From assembly GCA_043228905.1 (NCBI GenBank), contig JBHGNT010000014.1, positions 6,758,001-6,822,000 of the forward strand: a stretch of DNA of 64,000 bases, in the 5' to 3' direction. The stretch is from Azolla caroliniana (taxonomy: Eukaryota > Plantae > Polypodiophyta). This document shows positions 10,801-22,822 of the stretch, in pieces (position 1 is the first letter of the stretch; each line of letters opens with the position of its first letter). The position numbers were made by a program, and so were the translations under genes. The notes under the pieces were generated by a model. That model saw only the letters and a list, made by a program, of their open reading frames with translations, did no database searches and was not told the origin of the DNA.

Positions 10801-11815
10801 CACAGCCGTGATCACCGGCTGAGTAGGATGAGAAGCATTTCCGGTCCGGGGTAAGGTGGAACGACGCTCCGGAATCTACCACCCAGGTCATCTCCTCGCC
10901 GGCATGGTTTATCTCACTCTCCTCGGTGATGAGCATCAACTCCTCTTCACTTGCCGCAATTACCGTCGTTCCCTTCCGGTCCGGCCCCCGCCGGTCTTTA
11001 CCGTTCCGGTCTGTACCGTTCCGGTTCGGGGTTTGCTTCGAATCGGTACCGTCGGTTTCCTTGTCTTTACGGAAATGCCGACAGTTCTTTTGGAAGTGTC
11101 CCGGCTTGCCGCAATAGAAGCAAGTAGGCCTCCCCCTTGACTTTGATCGTGTCCCCGACTTCTCCCGGTTCTGGGGACTACGGTTTCTATGTCTTCCGCG
11201 TTCCGATTCGGTAAGGAGCGCTTTGGAGTCGGAGTTCGTATCTTTGTCTTTCCGACGAGCCTCCTCATCTAGCAAGCTCGACTTTACTCTTGCTAGGGAT
11301 AGCCGTTTTCCTTCCGGCCCGGCGTTGCCCAAAGTAACAACCAACGTCTCCCAGCTATCCGGGAGGGAACCGAGCAGGAGTAACGCTAGGACCTCCTCGG
11401 CAAGAGGTACTTCCAATGACGTTGCCTGGTGAAACAGCCCCTGGAAGGCATTCATATGCTCCGCCATGCTGGAGCCATCTTGGTACCGGAGTCTTACAAG
11501 CTTCCGGAATACCGACGCCTGATTGACAGCATTTTTGTTCTGGAACATTATGCCGATCTTCTCCCAGAGCTCATGAGCCTTGCTCTCTTCATTGAAGTTG
11601 TTGTACAGGCTCATGTCGATGAAGCACCGTATGTACGCCATTGTCTTCATGTGCATCACCTCCCATATCGCGGCGTCGATTTTGTCCGGTCTCTTGTCCC
11701 CGAACTGAACCGGTAGCCAGAGGTCTTTAACCACGAGCATGTCCCTCATCTTCGACTTCCACACTGAATAGTTGGAGCCGGTGAGCTTGAACATGCCGCC
11801 AAACGATTCATCCAT
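7846..11815 (-). pseudogene. A1 gag-pol with two frameshifts (~10328 and ~8260)
   Basis: Starts MDESFGG; CFYCGKPGHFQKNC; WVVDSGAS; integrase core; RT YVDD; RH. A 2-bp loss at ~8260 relative to A2 and one extra base near 10328 split the ORF. Confidence 0.93.
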
Positions 11816-11845
11816 TTTCTGTGTCGATTTCGCTCTGATACCACT

Positions 11846-12480
11846 TGTTGGGAACTTGACGTTCCTTATGTCCGACGCTCGGCCACAACCGAGATTCTTT
11901 ACATACACAGAAAAAACAGGTAATGAAACGCGACACAAAAGAGGAGAAATGGTACACAGGAGGTATACGTGGAAAACCCCAAAATAGGGGAAAAAACCAC
12001 GGCAGCCCACAAGCTGCAAACTGTCACTATTTAGAAATATACAACAGTGAGATCACTGAGGCGACGACCTCGTGCTCTCGGATCTTCGCCACAGGCGGCG
12101 GTTACAACAGAGGCAACGACCTCGTCTCTCTCTCTCTCTCTCTGTACAGTTACGTGCTCTGATTTCTTCTTGCACCAACAAGAAAGAATAACCACAAAAA
12201 TGACAACTACTCAAAAAAAAACTAAAAGTTTGCCCTAAGTCATATTTATACTAATATGACTTTTCGGCTATTTACAAATGTAGCCTCGATGGGCTCCATC
12301 CGGCTCTCCTGAGTCGGGTGCTCCTCATCCGGTTCATACCGGGCCTACACCATCCGACTCTCCGCAGTCGGGTACTCCTCATCCGGTTCATACCGTTTCG
12401 GCCTTGGCCTGTAAACCTCGGCCGAGTTTGTTCGTCGGCACTGTTCTTCTCCCTTCCCATCCGGAGGGACCTTACCAACA
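11846..12480 (-). repeat. 5' LTR of Copia A1
   Basis: 635 bp, tgttg...caaca; next to the PBS gctctgatacca; contains (CT)n and two 54-bp repeats. Confidence 0.95.
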
Positions 12481-12975
12481 GTTCCTCGTCAGGATCTGGA
12501 ACACAAACAATAGTTGGAGTGCGCAACCATGTGCGGTCCTCACCGGAGACTGGAACACGAATACCAATGGCCGTGAGTGACCATGTGTGGTCCTCATAGG
12601 GAACACGAACACCAACGGGCATGAGAGACCATATCGGTCCTCACCGAGAGTTGGAACACGAACACCAACGGGCATGAGCGACCACACAGCCCTCACTGAG
12701 AACTAGAACACAAACGGACGTGAGAGACCATGTGGCCCTCACTAAGAATTGAACAGGAACGGGCGTGAGCGACCATGCTGCCCTCACCAAGAACTGGAAT
12801 AGGAACGGACGTGCGCGACCATGTGTAGCCCTCATCGGGAACTGGAATGTGAGAGACCATGTGCGGTCCTCATCGAAAACACGAACGGGCGTGAGCGACC
12901 ATGTGGCCCTCACTGAGAACTGGAACAACAATGAACGTGAGTGACCATGCGGCCCTCACCGAGAACTGGAACAAC
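12481..12975. repeat. Tandem hairpin repeat array 1 (~10 units)
   Basis: Core GTGAG-N-GACC-ATGTGC-GGTC-CTCAC plus linker gggaactggaacacgaac; unit length ~38-54 bp. Confidence 0.9.
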
Positions 12976-13498
12976 AACGGGCGAAGGAGTGCAAGTGAAG
13001 CGGTCAACTCGACTTCTTCTATTATGAGAGGGTAAATAATCGAGGTTGACCCAAGACATGACACAAACGGTAGCGCTAGCAAGAAACCCACGCGATCCCC
13101 ACCAGGAAAGTCAGCGGTTGTGACCTCCACTGAAACTAGAAGGTGAGCAATCGAAATCGATCCTCGCCAATAGAAAGTGGCACGAGACTTGAACTATAAC
13201 GAAAATGCAGTGCAAGCGAGCAATGATCCGATCCTCACCAGGAAAGTGAGCGGTTGTGACCCCCACCGAAACTGGGAAGGTGAGCAATCGAAAGCACTTC
13301 TCACCAAAACCGTGATGCAAAATGATACCTAAAAATTGATGACGAAGATGGTTGGGCGAAGAGGTGCTTAAAATTATGATGTCGAAGACAAGGATGTTGA
13401 TGACGGTAATTCCGGAATCAAGGACGGTGATGATGGTAACTCTAGAAGCAAGGAGATGACGAAGACGGGTGGTGCTCCCAGTTGGAAGGGATTCAAAC
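12481..13498 (-). mobile_element. Internal region of non-autonomous self-priming LTR element E1 (host of A1)
   Basis: Colinear with the E2 internal region (~15790-17146); self-priming PBS 13486-13496; no protein domains. Confidence 0.8.
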
Positions 13499-13954
13499 TG
13501 GTCACGAACACACCAACCGCGGACTACGACAGAGCACGGATGATGAGGCTTTGATCGATAAGGTTACGAATGTGGAATAGGAGTTGACAAGGCTAGGAAC
13601 TCTAGAAGTTGTGCATGATGAGAACATGAACTTAGGAATCTATGGAGAGCATGACGACATAGATAAAGAAGGAGACAATATGACATGAAACAAGAATACT
13701 ACATTGATATGTCAATGATTGGTGTTGAATCCCTTGAAAGGGACCAAGGAGGTTACAAGTATTTATACTCCCGAATATTCTAGAACCCTCTAGAACCTTC
13801 TATTTCTAGAACTTTCTAAAAACTCCTAGAACTTGAAATGGATCATCTACTAAGATATACATTACTTGACCATATATTTGGATGTGTTGGTTAGAACAAA
13901 ACACTTGAGGTCAAGAGTTCAAATCTTGACATCACTGTTGTCATGTCTGTGACA
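13499..13954 (-). repeat. Chromovirus-type LTR shared by E1 and E3
   Basis: ~456 bp, ends tgtgaca; PBS on the left (13486-13496) and PPT on the right (ttatcctccccttt, from 13955); partly similar to the E2 LTRs. Confidence 0.8.
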
Positions 13955-14960
13955 TTATCCTCCCCTTTACGACCGCCTTTTCAAAAGCTTCATGGTGCAA
14001 GGGTGAGCTGAAGTACAAAACCAGAGTGGATGGATGATTGAGTGAGTCCTCACCAAAAATAGGAAGAGGAACAAATGTGGGTGACCATGTGAGGTTCTCA
14101 CTAGAGACTGGAATATCGACGGGCATGAGCGAAAATGCACACCGCCATTTCGAAAGCATCATGGTGCAAGGGTGAGCTGAAGTACAAAATAAAAGTGGAT
14201 TGACGATTGAGCGAGTCCTCACCAGAAATAGGAACAAGAACAAATGTGAGTGACCATGTGAGGTTCTCACTAGAGACTGGAATATCGACGAGCGTGAGCG
14301 ACAATGTGCAATCCTCACCGGGGATTGGAACACCAACGTGAGCGTGAGCAACCACGTTCGGTCCTCACCAGAGCCTAGAACACCAACGTGAGTGTGAGCG
14401 ACCATGTACGGTCCTCACTGGGAACTAGAACACCAACAAGCATGAGCAACCATGTGTGGTCCTCACCGGAGACTGGAACACCAACATGAGTGAGAGATTG
14501 TGTGCGGTCCTCACCGGAGACTGGAACACCAACGGACGTGAGCGACCATGTGCGGTCCTCACCGGGAACTGGAACACCAACGAACGTGAGCGACCATATG
14601 CGGACCTCACCGGAGACACGAACACCAACGGACATGAGCGACCATCTGTGGTCCTCACCGGGAACAAGAACACCAATGGGCGTGAGCAACCATGTACAGT
14701 CGTCATCGGAGACACGGACACCAACGGACATGAGAGACCATGTCGGTCCTCACCGAGAGTTGGAACATGAACATCAATGGGCATGAGCGACCATGTGCAA
14801 TCCTCACCGGGAACTGGAACACGAACAACAACGGGCATGAGCGACCATGTCGGTCCTCGTCAAGATCTGGAACACGAACAATAGTTGGAGTGAGTGACCA
14901 TGTGCGGTCCTCACCGGAGATTGGAACACGAACGGGAGTCAGCGACCATGTGTGGCCCAC
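13955..14960 (-). mobile_element. 3' internal fragment of non-autonomous element E3, with hairpin array 2 (~17 units) and a 170-bp duplication
   Basis: PPT next to the LTR; 48-bp period across 14398-14734; 13972 onward repeated at 14142. Confidence 0.75.
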
Positions 14961-17606
14961 TGTCACGGACATACCAACCACAGACTCAGATTAAGCATGG
15001 ATGATGGCGCTACAAGCGTGGAACTTAAGAAAGTGGGAACAACACAAGAGCATGAGGACAGGGATGAAGAATGAGACAAGATGGAATGGAACAAGAATAC
15101 TAGATTGATGTGTCAATGACTGGTGTTGAATCCCTTGAAAGGGAGCGAGGATGTTACAAGTATTTATCCAATTTCCGAGATTGAATATCTCTAGAATATA
15201 CTCGAGAAATATCTCGAGAATATACCCGTTTAGAATATACCACAAAATAATTCTACAATATACTAATGACTAGAATATTCTCGAATGTACTATCCACTAG
15301 ACTCTACAATATATACAGGTTCACAATCGAATGTGGATAATTCACAAGAGTTTCCATATGGATAACACAACACAATGTACTATGTGTTTTAAAGTCAGAG
15401 GATCAAGTCTAGAATGTGACATTATCCCCACTCATATGCCGCCTTCCCAAACCGGTCGTTGGCTTAAGGGGATATGTTGATGAAAATCTTAGACCACCTC
15501 CAAAGTTTTTTGTAATTCCTAGACAAGGAGTAACCCTTCCAGAAGACAAGGTATTGAACACCAACAGGCATGAGCGACCATGTGTGGTCCTCATCGGGAA
15601 CTGGAACACGAATACCAACGAGCGTGAGTGACCATGTGTGGTCCTCATGGGGAACACGAACACCAACGGACATGAGGGACCATGTCGGTCCTGGCTGAGA
15701 GTTGGAACACGACCACCAACGGGCGTGAGTAACCATGTGGGGTCACGGGGAACTAGAACATGAACAGCAACAGGCATGAGCGACCATGTCGGTCCTCGCC
15801 GGGATCTGGAACATGAACAATAGCTAGAGTGTGCGACCATGTGCAGTCCTCACCGGAGACTAGAACATGGATACCAACGGGCATGAGTGACCATGTGCGG
15901 TCCTCACAGGGAACACGAACACCAACGGGCATGAGAGACCATGTCAGTCCTCGCCAAGAGTTGGAACATGAACACCAATAGGCGTGAGCGACCATGCGGC
16001 CCTCACCAAGAATTGGAACACGAATGGATGTGAGAGACCATTGTGGCCCTCATCATGAACTGGAACGTGAGCAACCATGTGTGGCCCTCAACGGGAACTA
16101 GAACGTGAGCGACCATGTGTGGTACTCATCGAAAACACGAATGGGCGTGAGCGACCATGTGGCCCTCACCGAGAACTGAACACGAACGAACGTGAGTGAC
16201 CATGCAGCCCTCACCGAGAACTGAACACGAACAAGCATGAGTGACCATGCGGCCCTCACCGAGAACTGGAACACGAACGGACGTGCGCGACCATGCAGCC
16301 CTCACCGAGAACTGAACACGAACAGATGTGAGCGACCATGTGGGGCCTCACCGAGAACAGGAACAACGGGCGAAGGAGTGCAAGTGAAGCGGTCGACTTA
16401 ACTTCTTCTATTATGAGAGGGTAAATAGTCAAGGTTGACCCAAGACACGACACAAATGGTAGTGCTAGCGAGAAACCCACACGACCCCACCAGGAAAGTG
16501 AGCGGTTGTGACCCCCACGGAAACTAGAAGGTGAGCGATCGAAACCCTCACCGAGAACTGAACACGAACGGATGTGAGCGACCATGTGGACCCTCACCGA
16601 GAACTGGAACAACGGGCACAGGAGTGCAAGTGAAGCGGTCGACCCGACTTCTTCTATTATGAGAGGGTAAATAGTCGAGGTTGACCCAAGACACGGCACA
16701 AATGGTAGTGCTAGCGAGAAACCCACGCGACCCCACCAGGAAAGTGAGCGGTTGTGACCCCCACCGAAACTAGAAGGTGAGCGATCGAAATCGATCCTCG
16801 CCAACAGAAAGTGGTGCGAGACTTGAACTATAACGAAAATGTAGTGCAAGTGAGCAATGATCCGATCCCCACCAGGAAAGTGAGTGGTTGTGACCCCCAC
16901 CAGAACTAGGAAGGTGAGCGATCGAAATCACTCCTCACCAAAACCGTGATGCAAAATGATACCTAAAAATGATGACAAGTAGTGTTGATGACGATGATGG
17001 TTGGGCAAAGAGGTGTTGAAAATGATGACGTCGAAAACAAGGATGTTGATGACGGTAACTCCGGAAGCAATGACAGTGATGATGGTAACTCTAGAAGCAA
17101 AGGCCATCAAAGACGGGTGGTGCTTCCAGTTGGAAGGGATTCAAACTGTCACGGACACACCAACCATGGACTCGGACGAAGCATGGATGATGGCGCTACA
17201 AATGTGGAACTTAAGAAACTGGGAACGACACAAGAGCATGAGGATAGAGATGAAGAACGAGACAAGATGGAAGGGAACAAGAATACTAGATTGATGTGTC
17301 AATGACTGGTGTTGAATCCCTTAAAAGGGAGCAAGGATGTTACAAGCATTTATCCAATTTCCGAGATTGAATATCACTAGAATATACTCAAGAAATATCT
17401 TGAGAATATACCCATTTAGAATATACCACAAAATAATTCTACAATATACTAACGACTAGAATATTCTCGAATATACTATACACTGGACTCTACAATATAT
17501 ACAAGTTTAGAATTGAATGTGGACAGTTCACAAGAGTTTCCATATGGATAACACAACACAATGTATTGTGTGTTAAAAGTCAAAGGGTCGAGTCTAGAAT
17601 GTGATA
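14961..17606 (-). mobile_element. Non-autonomous self-priming LTR element E2 (~2.6 kb, non-coding)
   Basis: LTRs 14961-15421 and 17147-17606 (tgtcac...gtgaca/gtgata, visibly diverged); PPT from 15422; PBS 17134-17144; flanks differ (cccac vs gcttt), so no TSD. Confidence 0.88.
15555..16610. repeat. Tandem hairpin repeat array 3 (~18 units) inside E2
   Basis: Same core as arrays 1 and 2; followed by a ~250-bp internal duplication (~16360-16610 and ~16610-16790). Confidence 0.9.
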
Positions 17607-17955
17607 GCTTTATATAGTCACCCCCCTCTCTTTTCATTAACTAACTACAACAACCACTCTCTTGGGGAATGTGGAGACCCATTAGTCATGGGGAATATGA
17701 AACTCATTAGTTATGTGTCATTAGTTATGATTCTATGACACATAGTTATTGTGTGGAGAGTGGTATGACTCTTGACTCAAATGGAGACCCATTAGTCATG
17801 GGGAATATGAAACTCATTAGTTATGTGTCATTACGTATGATTCTATGACACATAGTTATTGTGTAAAGAGTGGTATGACTCTTGACCTTTGAGTGCTCAT
17901 AGATGCTCAAAGGGTATGTTCACACACAACGTTAGGTTGACCTTGATTCTCAACA
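17607..17955 (-). repeat. 3' LTR of F, truncated, with a 110-bp tandem duplication
   Basis: Matches 60936-61172; 17672 onward is repeated at 17782. Confidence 0.9.
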
Positions 17956-17968
17956 CGCCCCCTCAAGC

Positions 17969-18961
17969 TCAACTCGGGTCAGTTCCTTTCGGTTGATGTC
18001 CGCTTCGGCTGGTATCCGGTTTAGAAGATCTCTGGTGTCTGCTTCGGCTCGTACCCAGTTTGGATGGTATTTGGTTCTCGCTTGTACTCCCCCTCAAGCT
18101 TGGCAAGTCAGGGATCGTCAATCCAAGGTCTAACATGAATTGCCAAAGCTTGTCGGCTCCTAGGGCTTTGGTGAAGATGTCAGTCGTTTGAAGATTCGTG
18201 TTGATGTGTTGAAGGTCCACATCTCTAGCCTGAACACGCCCTCGAATGAAGTGATAGTGCACTTCAATATGCTTTGTGCATGTGTGGAACATAGGGTTCC
18301 GAGCTAGATAAATACTGCTCATGTTGTCGCAGTAAAGGGGAGTCGGATCCTTGATGGGAATGCCCAGATCCTTCAAAATCCTCTTGAGCCATACGACTTC
18401 ACATGCATCTACAGTTGCGCCCCTATATTCGGCCTTCGTACTCAAAAGTGCGATGGTAGGCTGCCTCTTACTACTCCAAGGTATCGCTCCACTGCCAAGG
18501 GAGAAGACAAAACCAGAGGTTGATCGTCGATCAGCTTTGTAGCCGGCCCAGTCAACATCTGTGTACCCTTCGACTCGAATTGGTCTTGCCGATGCGTAGA
18601 GAATTCCATAATCCATTGTGCCGCTCACGTTTCATAATACTCACTTAGTGCAATCGAAATGGCTATCTCGTGGAGTTTGCATGAATTGGCTAAGGAGTTC
18701 GACTGGATAGCTAAGGTCGGGTTGAGTGATCGTGAGATAGATGAGGCTCCCGATCAGTTGACGATATTGAGTCGGCTCGCACTCTTCCATGTCGGAGTTG
18801 GCATCCAATTTGAGGTTTCCATCGAGAGGAGTTGCCACAGATTTACACTCAGTCATCTCGAACTTGTATAACAAGTTGAGGATGTAGTGTCATTGAGAGA
18901 TCATAATACCGACCAAAGTCTGAATTACATAGATGCCAAGGAAGTAATGAAGCTTGTTCAT
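17969..18961 (-). pseudogene. F RT C-terminus and RNase H
   Basis: GYTDVDWAG, RRSTSG, KHIEVHYHFIR motifs; several stops and frameshifts. Confidence 0.9.
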
Positions 18962-19467
18962 GTTCGTGTTGAGAGACAAGCTCAACATTTGTGCGTATTA
19001 CGATGCGTAACCAGTGCGTAGACTGGGTGCATAAAACCGATACGCAGACCGGTGCGTAGAAAGGCCGTATCAGTGCGTAGACCGAAAGGCCGTTAGAAAG
19101 ATATTCGTCGTAAGGAATAGTTTTGGGAGTAAGTGTCGAGGCTCATTTATGAGCAGTCAAGTACTGCCAGTACTTGTGTCAGCGCATTGTCAGGGCTTGT
19201 ATAAAAGTGCTCACTAAGCACATCCTATGTATAGATTGAGTATTATTTTTCGAATTTATCTTCTTGAGTTACTCTCTCCCTCAGTCTCTCCTGTGCGTAC
19301 TATGCAAACCTAAGCTTAAGCTTTCCATTAAACTTGTGTTTTCTGTTGTTCGGTTTTCCTATATTGCTTCCGCACGCCATTCTTTTCATGGTATCAGAGC
19401 GCGAGGGTTGAGAACCTCTGCAGCTGACTTTGCTTGAAGGAAAAACCAACAAAGAAGAACAAGAAAA

Positions 19468-20512
19468 ATGATGGACAGAGGAATGGCTAGCTCGCTTCCA
19501 ACGGAGAAGCTCGATAGAACCAACTACGCATCTTGGTCCTACAAGATGCACCAGTACCTGCTCGGACACGGTTACTGGAGCTATGTTGATGGAGCAAATG
19601 ACACAGCACCCGATTCGACACACAATGACTTCCCGGCGTGGGAACAATCGGCGAGCAGAGTGCTATACTGCTTTGCGTCTTGTGTGGGTGAACAGCTACT
19701 AAGCTACGTTCGGGATGCAAAAACGCCGAAGGGTGCATGGGAAAATCTGAAGAAGATTTTCGCCGCAAGCACCACAGCTAGGAAGCTTCAGCTTCGACAG
19801 GAGTTGAGCAACCTACGACAACCCGATTTGTCGGTAGCTAACTATACCTCGAAGATTAAGGACATATGCGACTACTTAGCTTCCATCAATGTGAACATCG
19901 AGGAAAGCGAGATGGTCAAGGTCTGTCTCGGGGGTTTGGTGTCGAAGTTCGGGGCGTTCTGAACTGCAGTGTGTGCCCGGGAGAATATGTTGTCCTTTTT
20001 TGACTCGATGCTCCTTGTAGAGGAGAACCACGCGGGTGTGTCAACGAGCACGCACACCGATAGCAAGATGTTGTACACGGAGGGAGAAAGGCCCCGTGGT
20101 CATGGCGGACGAGGCGAATCGGTACACAATGGAGGCGGCCAACGGGATCAAGGAAGAAGGCACTGAAGTGATGCTGACAACAACTCCAGACCCTCCGGAA
20201 ACAGGGGGAGTCGAGGCGACGAGAACCAGAAAGGGAAATCCGACGCGGAATGCTGGTACTGTGGCAAGAAAGGACACAGGGAGAGTGAGTGCTGGAAGAA
20301 GCGCGCCAAATCGAAGAGGTCTGGTTCCGGATCTGGTTCCGGACATACTGACAAAGGAAATCGGTAGCGATCGCACTACGTCGAAGGATCCGGAAAAGCC
20401 GGAAAATGGTCAATCTTTGTGATAAGACACGAAGCAAACTCAATGAAGCAGTCTGCCCCGAAATCAGGCGAGGTGTGGTATGTCGACTCTGGCGCATCAA
20501 ACCACATGACGT
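19468..20512 (+). pseudogene. C gag and start of protease
   Basis: Copia gag N-terminus; CWYCGKKGHRESEC; WYVDSGASNHMT cut by B2; in-frame stops. Confidence 0.9.
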
Positions 20513-21152
20513 TGTCGTGAAGAAAACCGTCCACAAGCGGAATCGGTGCACCGGAGCGTAGGAACCGGCTCTTCATGCACGTGCGCCTTACATTGTACAT
20601 AGGAGATCCTAAGCAGGTAGATTCGGTAGGTAAGAAGTAAAGGGGAAACGGTTCCTTCCTGGCCTATAAAAGGAGGGAGACGAGGAGGAGGAAGGGATCG
20701 CGGAGAGTCGAGGACGAAGTGATGTCGGTTTTGTGGGCGAAGGCTTCTCTCTCTCTCTGGCTCGCAAACTCCATGGTTGCTTTTTGTGCAGGTTTTCGGG
20801 AGGCTCGCGCTGCTCTGAGGAATGCCCGATTGCTTCCGGCAGCACCTCCAACCTACTCTTCTCCTTTTGTGCGTTTACGAACAGGCATCGGCATCTGTTC
20901 GTCGGCCTGTTCGGTTGTAACCGACTTCGTGTTTTTGTTGTTTGTCTTTGTTAATACATACATACATTCGTGTCTTTCTGTGTCGCTGTCCCACTTGCAT
21001 CTTTGCGTCGAAGGGCCGTGTCCCTGTGTATCTACGCTCGCACGTAGAGGGTCTCTTCTCCTTCCTCTCTACCTCTTCGGTACAGGACCCCCGAGGTCCC
21101 GCCTCATTCCACGCATCCGCGAGGAATACCTCGACATCTTGGTGAACCCGAC

Positions 21153-21505
21153 GTGAAAGAGGCGGCAGAAGAGCAGAAGATGAAAGGGTCGGATCTTGCA
21201 GAGGCCATGGCTTCGGCCGTGGATCGGATATTGAGTGCACACGAGGGCACCGGCGCCCTCGATAAAGCCATTGAGGCGGTCGTCGGTACGATCGGCCGGT
21301 TTAGCGGAAAGGATGCCACGAAGTATTTGGCGTCCTACGGGGCAGAAATGTTGATGCGGGACATTCCGGAACAGAGGCATCCTGCTGGGTTTCCTCGAGT
21401 GGCGATGCCGAGCATCCATGCAGAGGTGCTCGAGGTGCGGGCGGAGAGCCGTACCTGGGAGGAGTTCGGAGGCCGACTCCTAGAAAAATACGGGTTGGAC
21501 GACGC
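21153..21505 (+). pseudogene. B2 gag N-terminus, cut by J
   Basis: Highly similar to the first ~118 aa of the B1 ORF. Confidence 0.92.
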
Positions 21506-22822
21506 TGTCGTGAAGATTTTCGGCAATAGTGTGAAAATCCCATAAAACGTACGAAATCGAGTATGAATCACGTAATACAATAATTGTGAAGATAACATTT
21601 TTAATATCTAAGTACAAAATGATGGAGGTTTCGAATGCACTTTATTACACGAGAAATGGACAACTAAATGTCAAGATATGAGGGTATAAACTTTGTGAAA
21701 AGAAAAGAGAAAATTGTGAGATATCCCACATAAGCACGACAAATACGGCTCTCATCATATATAAGGTGGAGCAAAAGATATTATCTTTGTGTCTATGTGT
21801 GGAGCATAGAGAGTTCAAGGTAACTTGAACTAAGAGTGGAGGTGGCCTAGCTACTCGTAAAGGGTTTTGGCCAACCAAAACCGGACCGGTGGCGGCACCG
21901 GTATCCGACGGCATCCGGCGAGGCACCGGTAACCGACGGCATCGGTAACCGACAGCATCCGGCGGCGGCACTGGTATCCGGCAACGGCATCCGGCGAACC
22001 GGCGTTCGGTGACTAGATAAATAAATATATAAATATATATACATATTTACATATACAAGGAGGGCAAGTAACGATTCGAACCTTGCACCTCCAAGTTAGG
22101 AGCCAAATGGCTTACCATTAAGCCATGCTATTTAATTGAAATTATATTTTTGTACTTTTACATGTAAATTCTCATACATGAGAACTAAAATGAGTGACAT
22201 GGTTATCATGCACCACATGTAATACATAAGCGCCAAATGGCAAACATGCAATTTATGCATGTCTTGTACCCTCACATGCATCATATGCATGAGAGCATCT
22301 ATAAAAGAGGGAAGGGGGAGGGGAAAAAACACGGTTTTTTTTTATGAAAATTAAGAGGAAGAAATTCGTTTTCAAATCAATTGTGTAATCTCAACTTCTC
22401 TCTTTCCCAATCTATCTTAAGTACTTTCTCGCCAAAGCTTGTATCGACTTTGAATCCTTCCGGTCCAGAACCCCGGTGGTTCCGCCTCACGATCCGCGCG
22501 TAGTGACGGATCTTCACGACATAATTAAGTGGTGAACCCGACGTGAAAGAGGCGGTAGGAAGGATCAAGTCGAGATTAATACTTGGAGATGGCGTCCTCA
22601 AGCAACCAAGCAGGAGAGCTCGAAAGGATGTTGCTAATCGTCGAGCAAATGATGAGATCTCGGGACAACGACGCGAGTGTGGAGAAGGTTGTCGATCGTG
22701 TCGTAGAGCTCGAGGGCCAATTCGATGGAAGGAACGTTACGAAGTTCCTTGATGCACATAAGAGGGAGATGAATCAAAGGGACGTGTCCGAGGCACGTCA
22801 ACTCGCAAGCTTCAAGAGAGTT
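21506..22822 (+). mobile_element. Truncated Gypsy J: 1016-bp 5' LTR (21506-22521), Trp PBS (22530-22546) and gag start
   Basis: Perfect 12-bp terminal inverted repeat tgtcgtgaagat/atcttcacgaca; same PBS as B1; ORF ...GQFDGRNVTKFL...FKRV is homologous to B1 gag GRFDGRDATKYL...FPRV. Confidence 0.88.
22061..22130 (-). other. tRNA-like A/B-box module inside LTR J
   Basis: Minus strand TGGCTTAATGG (exact A-box), D-like hairpin GGCTTA/TAAGCC, and GGTTCGAATC starting 43 nt after the A-box start. Confidence 0.7.

Larger units (their letters stand above)
1..12480 (-). mobile_element. Ty1/Copia LTR retrotransposon A1 (Tnt1/Tork-like), defective; runs off the window start; interrupted by Gypsy B1
   Basis: 5' LTR 11846-12480 (TG...CA); tRNA-Met PBS 11832-11843; order gag-PR-IN-RT-RH; PPT 411-420; partial 3' LTR 1-410. 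TSD not checkable because the other end is outside the window. Confidence 0.95.

Noticed and set aside
12481-16610. CRISPR-like array of palindromic repeats
   Set aside because: The spacers are homologous to one another, the repeats are degenerate, there are no cas genes, and the context is a eukaryotic LTR element.
12481-16610. Repeat-encoded proteins (WSLTPVGVRVP.GEDRT) or iron-responsive elements
   Set aside because: Unit lengths often break frame and ORFs appear in all frames. The loop lacks CAGUGH and the bulge is not a fixed C.
22061-22130. Functional tRNA genes here and at 39332 and 51941
   Set aside because: Acceptor and anticodon stems do not pair properly; reported as tRNA-like modules only.
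21506-22521. MITE or DNA transposon, given the 12-bp inverted termini
   Set aside because: TG...CA ends are followed by a Trp PBS and a gag start, with no TSD, so it is an LTR.
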